Shown in pieces: positions 60,850 to 64,000 of a DNA stretch of 64,000 nucleotides. A program made the position numbers and the translations under genes. This DNA is from Candidatus Woesebacteria bacterium GW2011_GWB1_39_10 (GTDB lineage: Bacteria > Patescibacteriota > Microgenomatia > UBA8517), in contig LBVU01000002.1 in NCBI GenBank assembly GCA_000993205.1, positions 28,250-92,249 on the forward strand. The letters run 5' to 3'. Every line of letters begins with the position of its first letter. The stretch's first letter is position 1. The notes beneath the pieces were generated by a model. It saw only the letters and a program-made list of their open reading frames with translations. It had not been told where the DNA came from and ran no database searches.

Positions 60850-63483
60850 ATGGATATCGGTAAAATTCAACAAACAGAGATAACTACAGAGCTTTCCAAG
60901 TCATATTTGGATTACGCAATGAGCGTTATAGTGGCCCGAGCCTTACCCGACGTACGGGACGGACTTAAACCAGTTCACAGGAGAATTTTATACGCAATGC
61001 ATTTGATGGGGCTTCATTTTGTAGGCAGCTCCACAACAAAATCCGCCAAAGTCGTCGGAGAAGTTTTGGGTAAATATCATCCGCACGGAGACATGGCTGT
61101 TTACGATGCCATGGTCCGCTTGGCTCAAATCTTTTCAATGCGCTATCCGTTGGTCCATGGACAGGGAAACTTTGGGTCTGTTGACGGCGACCCGCCCGCG
61201 GCCATGAGGTATACCGAAGTTAAACTTGCAAAAATCGCAGACATGATGCTTGCAGATATGGAGAAAGAAACAGTAGACTTCACGGACAATTTTGACGCAA
61301 CGCTTAAAGAACCGGTTTTTCTTCCCGCAGTTTTACCAAATTTACTTCTTATGGGTAGCGAAGGTATTGCAGTCGGAATGGCTACAAAAATTCCTCCACA
61401 TAATTTAACTGAATTGGTTGATGGCATAACCGCTATGATCAAAAAAGGCAAAGTTATAACTGAACAAAAGGCGCAGGAAGAGCAAACCGATTTTGTTATT
61501 AAAAAGATCAATCTGGTAGCTTCAGGTGAGTCTAAAGCCTTAACTGAGGCCGAAGTTAACCCAACAGCAGTTTCTTTTGAAAGCGAAATAGATATTGATG
61601 AACTAACGGATATTATTCCCGGCCCGGACTTTCCTACAGGGGGAGCAATTTATGACGCCAACGGACTTAAAGAACTTTACGCGACAGGCCGTGGCAAAAT
61701 AGTTGTCCGTGGTATTGCTGAAATTGTAGAGGGTGCAAAAGGCAAACAACAAATTATAATCAGCGAACTTCCGTACCAGGTAAATAAGAGTGAACTTGTA
61801 GCCAAAATCGCCGAACTTGTAAAAGATAAAAAAGTGGTAGGAATTAGCGACCTTCGGGACGAAAGTGACAAAGACGGAATGAGAGTCGCGATTGATCTTA
61901 AACGCGACGCAAAACCCAAGTCGGTTTTGAATAATATTTTCAAACACACCAGGCTTCAAAGCAGCTTCCCGGCAAATTTTGTTGCCCTGGTAGATGGCAC
62001 CCCACACACATTAAATCTTAAAACAATTCTTGTTGAGTACGTTAAGCATAGACAAAGAGTTGTTATAAGACGCACAATCTTTGAGTTAACAGAAGCCAAA
62101 AAACGAGCTCATATTTTAGAAGGGCTTAAAATCGCGCTCGATAATTTGGATGCCGTAATCAAAACCATCAGAGAGAGTAAAACTCAGGAGGATGCCAAGA
62201 AAAACTTAATTGAAAGATTTAAGTTGTCCGAAATTCAAGCAACTGCAATTCTTGATATGCAGCTTAGAAGATTGGCAGCACTTGAACGAGAAAAAATTGA
62301 AAAAGAATACGCAGAAATCAAGAAATTGATTGATCAGCTTATTGCGATTTTGAAAGATCCTAAACAGGTTTTGAATATCATTGTTAAGGAATTAGGGGAG
62401 TTAAAAGAAAAATACGGTGACAAAAGAAGAACTAAAATTTATAAAAACCCGCTCGGGGAAATCAGCGAAGAAGATTTGGTGGCCAAGGAGGAAACATTAA
62501 TCACCGTTACAAAAACAGGATACGTTAAACGCCTTTCTGCAACAAGTTACCGCGCACAACGCAGGGGAGGAAAGGGTGTAATCGGGATGGCAACTAAAGA
62601 AGAGGACGAGATTGAACACATCTTATCCGCTACAACTCATGATACAATTCTTTTCTTTACCAATAAAGGCCGTGTTTTCGGGCTAAAAGCATGGGAAATT
62701 CCGGAAAGCAGCAGGCAGGCAAAGGGCCAGGCCCTTGTCAATTTGTTGAATCTTGAACAAGGCGAAGAAATAAAATCCATTCTTCCGCTTTCGAAAGAAC
62801 TCGGCATTAAGAATTTGGTAATGGCTACTAAAAACGGACTTATTAAAAAGACAGGTATCGACGAATTTGAAAATTTGAGATCATCGGGTCTTATTGCAAT
62901 CAAGCTTAGAGACAATGACATGCTTATTTCTGTTCACCCGACAACTGGCGACGATCACATTATTCTTCTTACCCGAAATGCCAAGTCAATTAGATTTCCT
63001 GAGACAAATGCACGTCCAATGGGGCGCGCCACAACGGGAGTCACCGGCATAAAAATGGACACAGGGGATGAACTGATTGGAATGGAAGTATTTCCTGCAA
63101 AAGAAAATATCCCAACCGACAAAAGGAAAAAGTTCTACCGCGATATTTTAACCATTGCCGAACACGGACTTGGAAAACGCACCCCAATTCATCTTTTCCC
63201 GGTACAAAAAAGGTCGGGTAAGGGAGTTAAAGCAGCTGTAGTTTCAGCAAAAATCGGGAATTTGAAAACCGCCGCGATGGTTACCGAAAAATATGATCAG
63301 GTGATTATTACCAGCAAAATGGGTCAGGTCATTAAACTACCTTTGAAAAATATTCCTCAACTTGGCAGGGCCACTCAAGGAGTCATCTTGATGAGATTTG
63401 CTGACAAAGGAGATAGTGTCGCCGCCGCGGCCGTTTTGGAAAAAGGGGTAGACGAAGAAGATGAAGAAAATATCGAAAAGTAG
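60850..63483 (+). CDS. gyrA: DNA gyrase subunit A
   Basis: [34 protein letters not shown], GyrA-box QRRGGKG. Confidence 0.97.
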   Translation: MDIGKIQQTEITTELSKSYLDYAMSVIVARALPDVRDGLKPVHRRILYAMHLMGLHFVGSSTTKSAKVVGEVLGKYHPHGDMAVYDAMVRLAQIFSMRYPLVHGQGNFGSVDGDPPAAMRYTEVKLAKIADMMLADMEKETVDFTDNFDATLKEPVFLPAVLPNLLLMGSEGIAVGMATKIPPHNLTELVDGITAMIKKGKVITEQKAQEEQTDFVIKKINLVASGESKALTEAEVNPTAVSFESEIDIDELTDIIPGPDFPTGGAIYDANGLKELYATGRGKIVVRGIAEIVEGAKGKQQIIISELPYQVNKSELVAKIAELVKDKKVVGISDLRDESDKDGMRVAIDLKRDAKPKSVLNNIFKHTRLQSSFPANFVALVDGTPHTLNLKTILVEYVKHRQRVVIRRTIFELTEAKKRAHILEGLKIALDNLDAVIKTIRESKTQEDAKKNLIERFKLSEIQATAILDMQLRRLAALEREKIEKEYAEIKKLIDQLIAILKDPKQVLNIIVKELGELKEKYGDKRRTKIYKNPLGEISEEDLVAKEETLITVTKTGYVKRLSATSYRAQRRGGKGVIGMATKEEDEIEHILSATTHDTILFFTNKGRVFGLKAWEIPESSRQAKGQALVNLLNLEQGEEIKSILPLSKELGIKNLVMATKNGLIKKTGIDEFENLRSSGLIAIKLRDNDMLISVHPTTGDDHIILLTRNAKSIRFPETNARPMGRATTGVTGIKMDTGDELIGMEVFPAKENIPTDKRKKFYRDILTIAEHGLGKRTPIHLFPVQKRSGKGVKAAVVSAKIGNLKTAAMVTEKYDQVIITSKMGQVIKLPLKNIPQLGRATQGVILMRFADKGDSVAAAAVLEKGVDEEDEENIEK

Positions 63484-63492
63484 TATATTTAT

Positions 63493-64000
63493 ATGATGGA
63501 AGAAAAGAAAAACATTCCGCAACAAAACAACTCTTTGGTTTCAGTAATTATCTTTTTCGTTCTCCTTTTTGTATTTGCCAAATGGGGACCGGCAGTTAAT
63601 TTTAGCTCGACTGTTCAATCTAAAGGCGATCCGTTCATCGTCAGCGGGGAAGGGAAAGTCTTTGTAACTCCTGACGTTGCCAAAATTACTTTTGGTATTC
63701 AGGAAAACGGAAGCTCACTTAAACAGGTTCAAAATAGCGTAAATACAAAATCCAAATCTCTAACCGATACAATCAAAAAGCTTGGCATTGCTCAAGATGA
63801 CATCAAAACCATTTCATATAACGTTTATCCGCAATATGACTACACAAATTCAAGCCAAAGGATAACTGGATACCAAGTCTCTACCAACTACCAGGTGACC
63901 GTAAAAGACTTTGACAAAGTAAATGACCTGATAGTTCTGGCAACTGAGGCCGGTGCCAACATTGTCGGAGAAGTTAGTTTTGAGTTAAACGACTCTACTA
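63493..64000 (+). CDS. SIMPL (DUF541) domain protein, runs off the window
   Basis: TM then VSGEGKVFVTPDVAKITFG...DIKT..YNVYPQYDY. Confidence 0.85.
   Translation, partial: MMEEKKNIPQQNNSLVSVIIFFVLLFVFAKWGPAVNFSSTVQSKGDPFIVSGEGKVFVTPDVAKITFGIQENGSSLKQVQNSVNTKSKSLTDTIKKLGIAQDDIKTISYNVYPQYDYTNSSQRITGYQVSTNYQVTVKDFDKVNDLIVLATEAGANIVGEVSFELNDST

Overview
Bacterial chromosome segment that looks like a Patescibacteria/CPR (Microgenomates-like) genome. This is inferred from the compact housekeeping genes, the large type IV pilin array, the many near-leaderless TAnnnT promoters and the heptamer-repeat junctions. Layout: (1) 1-14.5 kb is an amino-acid-processing cluster bracketed by thrS and tyrS: glutamate-cysteine-ligase-like enzyme, OSBS/N-acylamino-acid racemase, PLP aminotransferase, two M20 hydrolases, PLP decarboxylase and a GNAT. 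It carries two unannotated Phe-rich leader-peptide attenuators, a Tyr-type T-box and an IS3-family element inserted in the GNAT 3' end. (2) recG-rpmF-nusB-ACP-like-rnc-rpsP-khpA. (3) A type IV pilus locus (pilM/N/O/X-like, 8 minor pilins, pilD, major pilin, pilC, pilT, pilB), interrupted by secreted proteins, an AT-rich folE/SDR/transketolase island and a synthetase-degenerate RelA/SpoT homologue. (4) holB-like, gyrB, a palindrome-flanked TrpR-like gene, ppa, a two-sortase surface-protein locus with a 2050-aa repeat adhesin, a REP-associated tyrosine transposase with four REP palindromes, gyrA and a partial SIMPL gene. The best candidate novel system is the aromatic-amino-acid-sensing (Phe attenuators plus Tyr T-box) ligase/racemase/hydrolase/decarboxylase cluster. 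All calls come from motif reading by eye; no database searches were run.
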